Below, piece after piece: positions 1 through 12,895 of a stretch of 64,000 nucleotides of DNA. Origin of the DNA: Felis catus (taxonomy: Eukaryota); the NCBI RefSeq assembly GCF_018350175.1, contig NC_058383.1, forward strand, positions 23,190,001-23,254,000. The letters run 5' to 3'. Each line of letters begins with the position of its first letter. Position 1 is the first letter of the stretch. The notes beneath the pieces are model-generated. The model did no database searches. It saw only the letters and a program-made list of their open reading frames with translations, and was not told the DNA's origin. A program made the translations under genes and the position numbers.

Positions 1-339
1 CTTCCATCCCCAAGACTAGTTATGCTTAAACCCAGTGGGATCCCAGTTGGTGGGAAACTTTCCAATCCCAGGAGACCATCTGCTTAGTCATCTAACCAGG
101 ATTACAGCATCTACAGCATACTGAACAGCAGCTAAGGAGCATGAGTGTTCATTTCTTAAGAGAGTTCCGAGGCCAGGTAATAAGAAATTGGTCCTTGGCG
201 TTTGATGGCAATAATGTATTTTACGAAAGTCTTTTGTGGTCTGCTGTGAACTTCTCTAGGATAGGAACAAGGCCTTAAACGTGCTTTGTTCCTTCCTTTC
301 TGCCTCTCATCCCCAACTTCCTGCACTTCAGTGTGCCCT

Positions 340-1070
340 GCCTTCCATATCTCCAAAATACACCCTGCATGTATCCACTTCTTTCCCTCTCCCCCAGCCT
401 CCACCCTGGTCTAGGCTGCCATCATTTCCTGCCTGTCATACAGTCACCGAACTGGCTTGGCCATGTGTTCATCTCTCCCCCGACGGTCCATTGGGCACAC
501 TTGAGGCTGAGTGATCGTTTTGATACGAATCCTGTGCTCTCCTGACTGAAACTCTCCAGTGGTTTCCCATGGTGCTTAGAATACAGTCAGAATTTCTGCT
601 ATGTCTAGAGGCTTTACAGGCTGGGATTTTTCATGTCTCATTGACTTCATCTCCTACCCTGCTGTTTTCACAACTTAGGCTCAGCCACACTGGCTTGTTT
701 CCAGTCATTCACACACAGCCGAGCACAATGCCGCTTGCTTCTTCCTCCACACGCAATGCTGTTCTTTCCCATCATCTTGTCATCCTTATCTCTGCTCAAG
801 CTCACCTCATCGGGGGAACCTTCTCTGAGCAGCTTATATAGGAGTAGAGACCCCCCAGCAATCTCCACCCCCACGTCACTTTATTTTCTTTCTGTCATCA
901 ACTTATTTGCCTCGTTATTTATTTTCTGCCTCCTCCCGTAAAATGTTATTTCCACATGATGCCTGGGCTATCTTGCCTTCACATTGTATCGCTAGAGCCC
1001 AGAACAGCATCCGGTACAGAGGGAACATTCAAGAAGTATCAGTGAAAGGCACGCGAAAATGAACAAATAT
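340..1070 (+). mobile_element. L2 LINE 3' fragment
   Basis: L2-like phrases: tatccacttctttccctctcc...ggctgccatcatttcctgcctg, ctctccagtggtttcccat, attgtatcgctagagcccagaacagcatccggtacagag. Confidence 0.7.
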
Positions 1071-4029
1071 TTGGAGCTCCCTCAGCCTCTAGCACACAGC
1101 AGGCAACCACTGACTTTTTCGAGGGACTGAATGGACTCCGAGACTGGCTGTGGCTTCAAGTTGTTGTTTGTGTTACGGATCTGTGTTTCGGTTACACGCG
1201 GGACAGTGATTTTATTTATCAGAGGGGTCTTTGAAATCCAAGAGAGAGTGATGTGGGGAACTGCAGGATAGGGTCAGCCCACAAGGGATACTACCCAGCT
1301 CTATCCTCAGCTTCCAGAGATTCTTCCACCTGCCTCCTACCTAGACCACCTCACATACTCCAGCATGAACATCAGATCCAGCAAGAAGCTGGTGGGCAAG
1401 TCAGTTATCTTCAAGGCTTGGTTAAAACACCACTCACACCCTGAGCGTGCTGCATACTCCTGAGAGGACAGACTATCTGGGTGGATATAACACGTAGTCA
1501 AGAGTTTCTTCAATGCTAGTGTTCAGAAAATACTGCGAGATATTAATTTGTATTTTCTCCCTTTTCCTTTCTGCTGTGCAGGCAGGTGGCAGGCTTGGTG
1601 TTTGATTGCTTTGGGGGAGGAATGTGTCAGGGCTGAAGGGAGAAGTATTCCCCGAGATTTCTGCTGCTGTTGCTGAAAGCCTAAACATATTGAGGATAGG
1701 TTTGTGGGAGGAGGTAGAGTGGAAGACTCTTGGAAGTCTCAGAACTCCTTGGAAGTCTCAGAAAGGAGAGAGAGACTGAAAACAACAACAAAGATATCCT
1801 CTGGGCTGGGCTAGGGGAGCCAGTGGGGCCCCAGAGCAGTAGGAAGGCAGAGCAAGCCCAGGGAGAAATGGGTATGTGATGTGTCCATGGACATAGGCCG
1901 TAAGGACCTGCCACCTGTCCCATGTCCCACTCTGAGGGTGGAAGCAGCACAGAGCTAAAGGTACCACACAGATGGAATGATGGAACTCTTGGAGGTAACT
2001 GATGACCCCTTGCCTTGGTACTGCGTAAAACCCCGGAGCCATGACACCATAGCCTGGGCTGAGCCGAGGGAAGCCCTGAGAAGATGCGGTGGAGGTTCCC
2101 GCCAGCACCGTGAGCTTCGGAATGGGGAACGAGGCTGGCTGTTGAAAAGAGAGAGATGTGACCATTCGTGTACCCCTGACTTTTGAGACAGGGATTCATA
2201 TCCACTCGATAGTTACTATTTGTGGGCTGAGAGCTGAGATAGGAAATGATCGACGGGCATGATGACCACGTTTCTGGTTGTCTAAGGGGGTGGCTGAGTC
2301 TGTGCTTGGTTTCCGGGGTGTCCTTGAGGACTTCTAGAGCCGCCGCTTCCCCTGGGCTTCTGTATTCACAGTTAAGGAAGTAATCCAAGCCTAATGATGC
2401 CATACGCACCATCACACCTTCTTTGTGTAAATAATGTCTGAGAGAATGAGGTGTGAGCCTGCTGTTGCAAAGAACACTTAAGCTGCTAAATGCTTTCCTT
2501 TCCACTCCATTGGCTTTCCCTATTTATAGCTATTCCAGCACAGCACTGATATCATATTTGTTTCCCGCCAGCTGCTGGTTTCCTCACCTTAGTTCCCAAG
2601 GGAGACCCATAGGTACCTCCCCAGGACCACCCAGTCCCCATGGTACTGGCCTCTGCATGGATCAGGAGTCAACAGAGAAAACGCAGGGTGCGGCCTCTTC
2701 TCTCTGTCCCCCTGGACTTGGCCCAGAAGCTTCTTTTCCAGCTGAGACAGTAATAGTTCCCTGACCTGGGTGTAGCTGCTGGTGTAGACCCTGGCAGAGT
2801 TGAGGGGCATATCCTCGGTTGGGGTGGGGGGAGTGGCGGGAATACTGAAGAATCCGAGCAGCAGGAAGCTTTTTGTTGGGAAAAGAGAACGTAGGGTGGG
2901 GAAGTGCAGCTAATGTAGGGGACTCCAGTGACTAAGGAGGTGGGTCCACAGTACTAAGAACTTAAATACATTCTCCATCTAACCTCATTGCAGCCCCACG
3001 AGGTAGGTCATGAGTAGGCAGTACTGATCAGAGGGGAATCTGCTTACAGGAGGAGATAAGAGATTGTGGCTGGTGAGTAGAAGTAAAATGAATTATGTGG
3101 TACATTTGGGAGAAATCATAGAGGTCAAGTACATAGTTGTCTGGAGAAAGAAAAGTAAGGAACTGATAAGGCAGGAGGAACTGTGGAACTCTTGACCCCA
3201 AGAGTGGAATTTTAACCAAGTAGAATTTGGTCCCAGTAAACACTGAATTCACACAGGCACCACGTCCGGTTGCCCCAGGTAATAGGACTCTAGCTTTAGG
3301 ATAATAACGTTATAATGAGAAAATGCAAATGACATGAACCGTAATTAGAGAAAGAGCCGCGTGTGGCCCAGTGAGTGCTACCTTGGGGGAAGATAGACCA
3401 CATTTGAAGGCAGGAAGGGAAACATTTGTGCTATATACAAAAGTTACCTGGAGAGAACTGGGTATGGCATGTGGGTTTCTCCCACAGACTTTGGTTAAAG
3501 AAAAAGATAAAGGAAGGAATAATAAATCATACAGTTGCTTATCCACATGGACTTCCTTTTCTACCATCGGCTCGAAGTGTTTTCCTGGGAAAGCATGAAA
3601 GATCATCTTCATGGTGACACGTGGCTCTGTATTTGGCTTTGGTCACTGGGGTCACAGCTGATCTGGGATCTGAGTGGACCCTATAAAGTCAGTCCTTGCC
3701 TCTGCAGGCGGGGAAGGACCACCACCAGATAGCGATTTTGGCAATCTGCTTAGATTTTTCTTCCTGTCCTTATTACCAGAGGGTTGGGCATGCCCCAACA
3801 GAGTAATGGGAATTCACCAAGGGGTCAGAAGTTCTGGCTACTGACATTATTGTATCGATGTGGAAACTGAGGTTCAGAAAGCCTAAGTAATACGTGTACC
3901 AGACCTGGGGTTAGAACCCAAATGTTTCTGACCGTAGTGCAAGTGCATCATTCCCTCTAGCCTCTTATGCACCTTAACCTTCAAGAGACCGAAGAGGGGC
4001 AAAGAAGATATAATGAATTGATTAGCAAA

Positions 4030-4436
4030 AAATGGCCACAGCCCTTCCCTTCTTTGAATCATTTTGCCTTGCAAGGTGACTCTGAACTTCATCCTATCAA
4101 GAGGCCCTTCGCCCTGCAGACCAGGCTGGCCTGGTTACTCACTGTAGAAGTGATGGTGTGTCAGCTCTCAGTCCCGGCCCCAGGGGCTTTTGTAGGCTTC
4201 CATTCATCTCTTGGATCCCTGCCACTACCACGTGAAGTAGCCCAGGCTGGCCTGCTGGAGGATGGGGAACCCCATGGAGTAGAGCTGAGGACCCCGGCCG
4301 ACTGCACATGCATAATAAGATCAGCCAATGATGGCCCGGAGTAGCAGAACAGCTCAGCCAACCCAGGGACTCATGAGCAACATTTGGTGATTGTTTGTTA
4401 CACAGTTCTATTGTGGCAATAGGTAACAAACACAGA
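4030..4436 (+). mobile_element. MaLR LTR (MLT1E/F-like)
   Basis: cccaggctggcctgctggaggatg and 3' end ttgtttgttacacag...tgtggcaataggtaacaaacaca. Confidence 0.6.
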
Positions 4437-5469
4437 AAGCTAGGGAGACTCCGTCCTGGAAAGATGCCCAGTAGAATATGGGACAGCAGGATGGTGACGT
4501 AGATTCGGCGGGTCACGAGGACTGTAGGAATCTGAAACCCCGTGAGGATTCTGCGCTCAGAGATGCTGAGGAGAAAATAGACTTAATTCAATGCCATCCT
4601 TGGAGACACTGCCCTTGGAGAAAGAAAAAGGAAACCAATGTTCTGCACCAGGTAGTTTGGGTTCACAGTTCCATCTGTCCTCACAGCCACCCCCACGGAC
4701 GCCATTTGACAGCTGAGGGTGGGGGAGGAGGCATGCTCAAGGTCACATGGCTAGAAAATGGCAGAGTAGAGATTCTCATGCAAGTCTGATGAACCCCAAA
4801 GATCGCCTTCTTCTTCATCAATTCTGCATTTGCCACCTCGTCATGGAGCAGGTATTTATTATGCTCAGCCCTGTGCTCAGCCTGGGGTTTCCTGGGTGGA
4901 GGGAACATAGTCTCTGCCCTCAGAACTGAAAGTCCATGGGAAATAAGATGTTTTGGATGCCATGAGTCAAGTCTATTCAGAGTGTGGTTCCTTCCCAGTA
5001 GAGAAACGCTGGGTCAGAGGCTTGTGGATTCAGGTAATGACTAATGGATGATGGTTTCCAATAACCCGATGCCTTTGCCTGCCCACCTAATTCCTTATCC
5101 TGACATGGGCTTGGGATTTGGACCCTGGTTATGGATTTAAGGCAAGATTGAATGCAGGGCTACTATTCTGTTGGGTTCTGGATTTGGCAGGGTTCTCAAA
5201 TCGGTTATGAAGAAGGCTCTAGGGTTATACTTAGATTAGGTTTTGGCTTGTGTCTGAATTGGCCTGGGAATTGTTGGATCCTTGCCTGCCTTTGATTTTG
5301 GCGAGGCTGGGACCTAAGTTTTGTGCCCTGTTATGTTCTGTACTTGACTTTGGACACTGGGGTCTTGGTTAAGCTGGGATCTTAACCAAGGTGTGATTGT
5401 TCTTTCCTTCTCTTGCTCAAACAGCCCCTAACATCTCATCTCCTGGGAAGTCTTCCTCATCCTCATTAG

Positions 5470-5686
5470 TTTTTTTTTTTAATGTTATTTATTTATTTTT
5501 GAGACAGAGAGAGACAGAGCATGAGCAGGGGAGGGGCAGAGAGAGAGGGAGACACAGAATCTGAAACAGGCTCCAGGCTCTGAGCTGTCAGCACAGAGCC
5601 CAACACGGGGCTTGAACTCACGGAGTGTGAGATCATGACCTGAGCTGAAGTTGGACGCTCAACCGACTGAGCCACCCAGGCGCCCC
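5470..5686 (-). mobile_element. Can-SINE (SINEC_Fc-like)
   Basis: tRNA-Lys-derived head, (CT)n, poly(A); TSD tcctcatcct(c)attag at 5454-5469 and 5687-5701. Confidence 0.95.
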
Positions 5687-6736
5687 TCCTCATCCTATTA
5701 GAAGAAGGCCATACTTTCTCCCTCACCCAGGGGTGGAAATGTAAAAGCATGCTCTGCATGATTCCTCAGGCTGTTTGTTACTTCTTCAAACAATTGTACC
5801 ACCTCCCTGACCCTTGCTATTAGTGAGTCCCTTGTTAATCCATGTCCCAGAATCCAGAACAGGAGAACTCTAAGCACAGATTCTAACTGTAAAATGCCAA
5901 AGTCGTCCTTTCCAAGAGCCTGTGACCACTGGGTTGAAGGAATCAGGTGGTCACCTTCTGACGGGGCTGGGGCTAGCAACCTGAGAGCTGAGCAGACCGG
6001 GGGACCTGGGACACTTTCTTGGGTGGGTTTCTTTTTTGGAGGGTGGGGGCCCCAAGTAGAACAGTTTTTAGGTGCCCTATTTCTGTGGGGTCCAGGCCTG
6101 TGGGTAGCTGTCTGCCTCTGCTCAGTAAAAAGCCAAAGGACCAAATACAGGCTGACAGAAGTAAATTTCAAGATTCTGGGCAGGAGAAGACAGCACTGAC
6201 AAAGATGGGACCACAGCTGGAAGCCACATTGAGAGAAGATAGAGGAGCAAGGAGATGGGAAATTTAATAATCACATTAAAAAATTAAACACCAGGCCCCA
6301 GTAGTTGTCGCTTTCCATCCGCTGAGATTCACAACACTTGACATCCAATTATAATTGTGGGTTCCTATAAAACAGCCCATTAACTGCAACTATAAATTAT
6401 TATTGCCTATGTGGAGTAGGCTGCTGGCTTAGTAGCTGATACTGAAGATTATGGAAATTACTAACAAGCAACAATGTCTCTTTGAGTCCTCTGGCTCTTC
6501 GCAAGATGTATGGACCTGGAGGAACCAAGACAGCTGCCTGGAAGTTTGGAATGACTTGTTCTACCACAACATACAGCTGCCTTTGTATCTGGCGGAGGGA
6601 GGGCTTCTTTCTCTCTGCTCCTCACATTTCCATCTGGTCACCTGCCACAGAAAGGAGCCTACGTGGTGTTGCCTGAAGCCCTGGAATACAAGCACATGCA
6701 CATACACCACCACTCACTCACGTGCACATGCGTGTG

Positions 6737-6737
<1 letters not shown>

Positions 6738-6775
<38 letters not shown>
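6738..6775. repeat. (CA)n microsatellite
   Basis: Direct read. Confidence 0.95.
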
Positions 6776-6778
<3 letters not shown>

Positions 6779-6879
6779 TGTGTAACTCCTGCCAACCGTT
6801 CTGTCTCTGAAAGAATCGACATAAGCCATGGATCCAAGGAAACACTTTCAAAACTTCTTTAAGAGCATAGTCCATTCTT

Positions 6880-7090
6880 GGGGCGCTTGGGTGGCTCAGC
6901 AGGTTACGTGTCAGACTTTGGCTCAGGTCATGATCTCGCGGTTTCTGGGCTCAAGCCCCGCGTGGGACTCAGTGCTGACAGCTCGGAGCCTGGAGCCTGC
7001 TTCAGATTCCTTATCTCCCTCTCTCTTTGCTCCTCCCCCACTCATGCCCTCTCTCTGTCTCTCAAAAATGAATGAACATTAAAAAAAAAT
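6880..7090 (+). mobile_element. Can-SINE (SINEC_Fc-like)
   Basis: ggggcgcttgggtggctcag head; TSD aagagcata.tcc at 6861 and 7092. Confidence 0.95.
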
Positions 7091-7529
7091 TAAGAGCATA
7101 TTCCGCTCTGTTTTCAAGCCCTGAGTGAGCAGCTCTGCTTTTTTCATTTCTCCTCTCTGGGCGGCTCTCCTTCCCTGGAAGGGGGGAGGACGGGAGGAGC
7201 CAGTGGCCAAGGATTCTTCCCACCTTCAGCAGAGCTGGAGTGATCAGCCCTGTTGGAAATTTCTGTCAGTCTGTATGCATCCATTTTACATCTTCCAGGA
7301 ACTCCCCAGAGTTTCTGAGTATCGGTAGTAGCTTTCTCTCTTTCCCGGCGCTGCTAAGACTTTTGCTTTTTATTATTTCAGTCGTATTTGGGGAGAGGTA
7401 AACATATGTAGGCTAATTTCAGTCTCTAGGAAGCAGAAGCTGTCCACTGGATTTTAAAATTGGGTAAGATGTAAAAAACCAGCAAGAAGAATATGTAACA
7501 CTATTGACTGCCTTGCCAAACATTGGATG

Positions 7530-7710
7530 TGTATCATCACATCAATCTTGAGAAGTATAAGAGATAGGGACTATCATTACCAGCCCTTTTAACAGATGAA
7601 GAAACTGAGATGGAGAGTGGTCAAGATCACATAGCTGCCAAATGGCAGAGCCAGAGTTTGAACCCAGGTTGTTTCAATCCAAAGCCTGTCCTTGGAACCT
7701 AACCCATGCT
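7530..7710 (-). mobile_element. MIR
   Basis: acagatgaagaaactgag...gatcacatagct...aaatggcagagccagagtttgaacccagg core. Confidence 0.75.
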
Positions 7711-9224
7711 TTCTTTTGGTTAAAAACAGTATTTCTTAATTACTGTCTTTTTATAAAATGTAGTGTCTTGTCACATCTCAAGAAATGAATAGGAATAATT
7801 ACATAAATCTTCCTCATTTTTCCTGGCTTAGGTCTGACACGGTCTTGATTTAAATTCTTGAATCTTCTGGTATTAGTGGCACCCCCACCCCCATCCCTGC
7901 TGCCCCCTGCCCCTGTAATTTTTCTCTCCTTGGGCTTCAGAGGGAACGCTTCCTGTCCATTCCTGGGTTTTAAAAAATAGAAAAGAGCCTGTTGGTCCTT
8001 GTTCAGTCTTTTTATCTCAGGGGGAGATGGGGAAGCTTGTATTTTTGTAGGTTTTTTGGTTTTTTGGGGTTTTTTTTTGCTGGATTGGGGTTTTGGTTGC
8101 CGGCAATAAGTAGGAAGTGAGCTTCCGGGGGAGTCAGCATTGCAGGAGAGAAGTTTCCTGGCGGGCAAAGCAGTTTCCTTTCAGAGTTTATTTTGGCAGC
8201 AGAAGTTAGTAGGGCGCTGCCCTCCCCTCTAAGTGCCCTCATTAGCAGCTCGCTGCGGAAGTGCCTCCGCGTGGCTTGGCATGCTTTCCGGGGGACTTGC
8301 CAGGGCCGGCAGCTCCCTGGGCCCACGTCTCATGTCCTAGTCCTGCCCTGTCCCTGTCACTCTGAGCTGGGGGCTCTTTGTGGAAATTCTGCATTAGGCT
8401 TGTTGCCTGGTAAGCTTGCCTGTCTGTCAGTGCTGATGAAAGTCTCCCCACCCCACCCACCCTTTTTTTTTATTTTGCTGTGACCACTTCAACTGGGATT
8501 TATGAAGAAGAGGAATTAAAAGCACGTGCTTAAATAATTACAATAAAAAGGCAAAATCAAAATTTCCTTTATAACAAGAAGAGGGACTGAATGGATAAAT
8601 ACCCGAAGGTATATCTGGCTAGCGGAATTATGGGTGATTTTTATCCTTTTCTTTGCAGTTCTTCTGGTCTGAGTCGGGTATCTATTGCTTTCACTTAATG
8701 GTTTTTTTTGTCTTTTAATTTCAAAGTTTCAAACATACAGGAAATAACATAACAGACATCCAGATACCCACTACAGATATTTAACCAATGTTTGCATTTG
8801 CCCTATTGGTTGTAGATTTTTTTTTTTTTTTTTAAGAGCGTCTATCCTTTTTGTAATCGAAGGCTTCAAAACTCAGAGAAAGTGAATTCAGGGACCCCAT
8901 AAAGCCCTTCTGAAAATAACTCATCTTGACAGTGAAACAGGAAGCTAACCCTGTCACTGGGAGGCCAGGTACGTAACCTGGCTGTCCTGGGACCCGTATC
9001 AGATTTCGGGGCACCGTTGCTATTGTCGCAGCCCTCAGGAGGGAAGCTGGGGGTGCACGCACAGCCTGGTGCCTGGGAGTTTCTCCCAATTCCAGAATCT
9101 AGTGACATACACTCCCTGCCTTCCGGACCTCCCAGAGGTAGAAGGTGGGGTCCACAGACTAGTATCCCTTGGCAGCTTTTTAATTATTTTTTGGAGGGGG
9201 ATTTTCTCCTTTAGTACTATCTTT

Positions 9225-9457
9225 TCATAACAGCTTTATCAAAGTGTAATCATATGCAAAAAATCCCTGTGCATGTTTAATGCATAGTTTCATGAGTTTG
9301 GATTGTGTGCATATGCCTGTGACAGCATCACCGCAATCAAGATAATAGACACAGCTAACACCTCCCAAAGTTTCCTTGTGTCCCCTTGTGATTTTAAAAA
9401 AACACACTAGTTAACAGAGGTCTACCCTGTTAGCAACATTTTAAAAACACTCTTGTT

Positions 9458-9501
<44 letters not shown>

Positions 9502-9800
9502 TTAGAGAGAGAGAGCAGGGGAGAGGGGCAGAGGGAGGGAGAGAGTATTTCAAGCAGGCTCTACACTTAGCGCGGGGCTTGATCCCATGACCTTGGGATC
9601 ATGACCTGAGCCAAAATCAGGAATCAGGGACTCAACCGACTGAGCCACCCAGGTAACCCTCTTAGCAACATTTTGAGTACACAATATGATGTCCTTAACC
9701 ATAGGCACTATGTTCTACAGCGAATCTCTAGAACGTATTCATCTTGCATGACTGAAATTGTAGACTCCTTGAATAGCAACTCCCCATTTTCCTATCTCCA
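9225..9800 (-). mobile_element. Old L1 (L1MA/MB-type) 3' fragments interrupted by a SINE
   Basis: acagctttatcaaagtgtaat, aaccataggcactatgttctacagcgaatctctagaac. Confidence 0.7.
9459..9659 (-). mobile_element. Can-SINE with a (TAA)n tail
   Basis: SINE body plus (TTA)n run; TSD ttagcaacatttt at 9430-9442 and 9662-9674. Confidence 0.9.
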
Positions 9801-9857
9801 CCCCTCACCCCCACCCCCACCCCCAGGCAGCTTTTTAGAAATGAGAAATGCACCGTG

Positions 9858-10020
9858 CTTCTCACATGTTAACGTGCACATGAGTCACCTGGGGATCCTG
9901 TTAAAATGCAGATTCTAATCCTGCAGATCTGGAATGGGGCCTGAGAGTCTGCATTTCTGCCAAGCTCCCAAAAGGCTGCTGATGCTGGTCTGCAGGAGGC
10001 ACTCTGGGTAGGAAGGTCTC
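9858..10020. mobile_element. MER5A-like hAT-Charlie element
   Basis: gtcacctggggatcctgttaaaatgcagattct...tggggcctgagagtctgcatttct..caagctccc. Confidence 0.8.
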
Positions 10021-10156
10021 AGAGGACTTTGCATTGCCCCAAGCTGAAGGAGGCCATGCTAGTTGTAAAAGGCTGGAATCTGTTCTCATTGGTCCCACCC
10101 AATGTTGTACTGGTTTTTAAATCTTTTGAATATCACCCTGCTCCTGGAGAAAATAC

Positions 10157-10370
10157 ATTTTTTAAATTTTTTAATGTTTATTTATTTTTGAGAAAGAGAG
10201 AGAGGGAAAGAATGAGCAGGGGAGGGGCAGAGAGAGAGGGAGACAGAGAATCCAAAGCAGGCCGCATGCTGTCAGCGCAGAGCCCAACTTGGGGCTGAAA
10301 CTCACAAACCATGAGATCATGATCTGAGCCGAAGTCGGATGCTTAACCGACTGAGCCACCCAGGTACCCC
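10157..10370 (-). mobile_element. Can-SINE
   Basis: Perfect TSD tcctggagaaaata at 10142-10155 and 10371-10384. Confidence 0.95.
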
Positions 10371-11887
10371 TCCTGGAGAAAATATTTGGCCACTAGAATG
10401 CTTTAGATATTGCTCACAGTTTTGAGTGCCCCAGTTCTCACAAATTATTGTCATTAATTCTTTGCATAGAACCCATCAGGGGAAACTCAAAGTATATTCA
10501 AGCTAGAAAAAAAAGGATAAATTTCTGTAACTTCCCAAAGCATTGCCCATTTTTGGTGTATCCCAAAGTAGGACGAATGTCTTGGTGTATGAGAGGATTT
10601 TAGGTCGTATATTGATAATCTCTTTAAAATGTTAGTATTTGTTGGAATTTGAGTGATGTAAGTTTTGGGGACCCAACTCTATTCTTTCCGTCTGAATTCT
10701 GAATCACCTGAGGAAAAAAAGAAGCCCAAGGTGGATGGGAGATTACAATGGCATCCTTATTATGATAAAGGCCAGACTGATACCTGATTCCTTAGCCTCA
10801 TTCATACCCTCCCACATCACCCCCTAGCGGGCACCTTGGGAAGCACCCTTGAGGAGAAGAGTGAGGAACAGAGCCACTTGTGGAAGATTACTGCCTTATT
10901 CCAGTGCGGGTGTGTTGGGAAGGAGAAAGAGACAAAAGCTAGGATTTTAAAAATAAATGAGCTCCACCATTCAGGAAATTTGGTCCAATGACTATGCCCA
11001 CTCACCAGGTAAATTCTTGCCACCTTTGGTAAGAGAAGAAAGGGTTGGCAAGAATCTAGGAATGTTTCAATTAAAAAAAAAAAAAGAACCTAGGAATGTT
11101 TCATGAAAATCCCATCTCTTCGAAACCAGAGGAATGGGGACAAAGACATCCCCTCATAGTGACAGTTGTGCTTTTGTATTTTAATTAATTCTGGTTAGTG
11201 GGACTGATTTTCCATCTATGACAGAAACATAAGGTTTCCTTTTAAAATAATTGTAGGTAAATAAAAAGGAGATGCCTAAAGTTTGGGAAACACAGGTCCA
11301 ATTAATATTCCTTGAAATCTCAATGTCACATTTCGTCTTTACAAACTGCAGGGCCACTCGTTCTCATGTTCTCCATGAGGGACAGGCAGCTCTGGTTCAT
11401 TTGTTTGACCAGTGGTCATGGTCTGATTCTGTTTCACTCAATAGAGAACATTTAGAATGAATAAACTAAGGCCCTTGATATATTATTGGCTTCGATTTCA
11501 TGTCTATAAATCATTTATGGGTCAAGTCATATGATCTTAATAGTATCGATCCAAGGCTTTTAATTCTCCCTGTTTCTCCCTCTCCTTTTTCTAAATTCAC
11601 TGTGAGACTCAGAAGGGTGGGTAGGATAGCAAATTCTGGGTTTTTTTTTTTTTAGTGTTATAAAAGGAGACTGTCCTTCGACAATTTGACACAGTTTCTA
11701 AGTGAACTAGAAACACGTCCTACTGTCCTGGCAAACAGGGAGACCAGTATCCTTTTATCCATTGGATGTCAAGGTTATATTCACAAATACCAGGAGACAA
11801 CATGAAACAGTCAAACTGGTTGGCTAAATGATGCCAGGTAGAATTAGCTAAATGTGACTTACGCCAAAAAAGGAAAACCAACATTTG

Positions 11888-11889
<2 letters not shown>

Positions 11890-11920
<31 letters not shown>
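11890..11920. repeat. A31 homopolymer
   Basis: Direct read. Confidence 0.95.
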
Positions 11921-11924
<4 letters not shown>

Positions 11925-12762
11925 GGCATCCAAATAGGAAACATTAAATTACTTACTCAAAAGGTTCATTCACTCAGTTACCTGGGGGCCATTTTACTGC
12001 CGAATTTTCCAGGAAGGTTAATCGCTGTATGCTTGTACTCAAAACTGGAAATAGTCTCCAAATATGGTTACTTGGGGGGGATGAAAGCTCCCCCCACTAA
12101 AAAATTCCCTCAGAAAAGATGAAGTTATCTTAGATTTGAGTCCTTATTAAGTCTCCTCAGTAAAGGACATCCTTTAAATTACTTAATTTTGAACCATGAC
12201 ATATTGTTTGTACATCCTGAGGTGAATTCAGTGCTAATTTGAGATGTTTATATAGGTGGCTGGATGGACCTGGTCCGAGAGAAGGCAGGTAACACAGATG
12301 TAGTCATCATTCTTTGTGATATGAGCCCAAGGCGAGTGTTGAATGTAATCAAGCCATTGGAAGGTTATCTTACAAAGTGAGATGTTAGGTGGTTATGTTG
12401 ATGGAATCATGACCCCCCCACTTCCCTACCAATGACATGAAAAGTCAACCGTCCTAACGTCCTGGGAGTGGGTGTAAGGGACAGGGAGACAATTCCCCTG
12501 GTGTCACCACACACGGGTTCAAACAGTGGGACTCGACAGACAAATAGGGCAGAGCGCTGTTAGGTTAACTCAAAACAAGGAAGGCCCTGATGCCAAAGAT
12601 TAGTGAGAATTTGAATAATGTCATTTCATGATATGAGAAGGGGGGAAAGCAGTCTTGAAATCCATATATTTTCCCAGATGATGCCATTTTAAACACTTCT
12701 GAGTAACTAAAATAAATGAGACATTACAAGTAGCGACGTCCTCTAAATTCCTAAGAAGCTTA

Positions 12763-12834
12763 TATTAGTTCGAACGGAATGAAATTGCCGTTTTTGCAGG
12801 GCAAAACAGCAGTTTCACACGGTCCAACTTCATA
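12763..12834. mobile_element. MADE2-like mariner MITE
   Basis: tattagttcgaacggaatgaaattgccgtttttgcagggcaaaacagcagtttcacacggtccaacttcata: imperfect palindrome with TA ends, resembling MADE2. Confidence 0.7.
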
Positions 12835-12895
12835 AACTCAAGCTGACAAGACACTTTACAAATGTATGTTTGAGAAATGGTGGATTGTGTTCCTT

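Noticed and set aside
11880..11930. A31 run as a TSD-flanked insertion
   Set aside because: Only ttggc is shared by the flanks, too short to call a TSD
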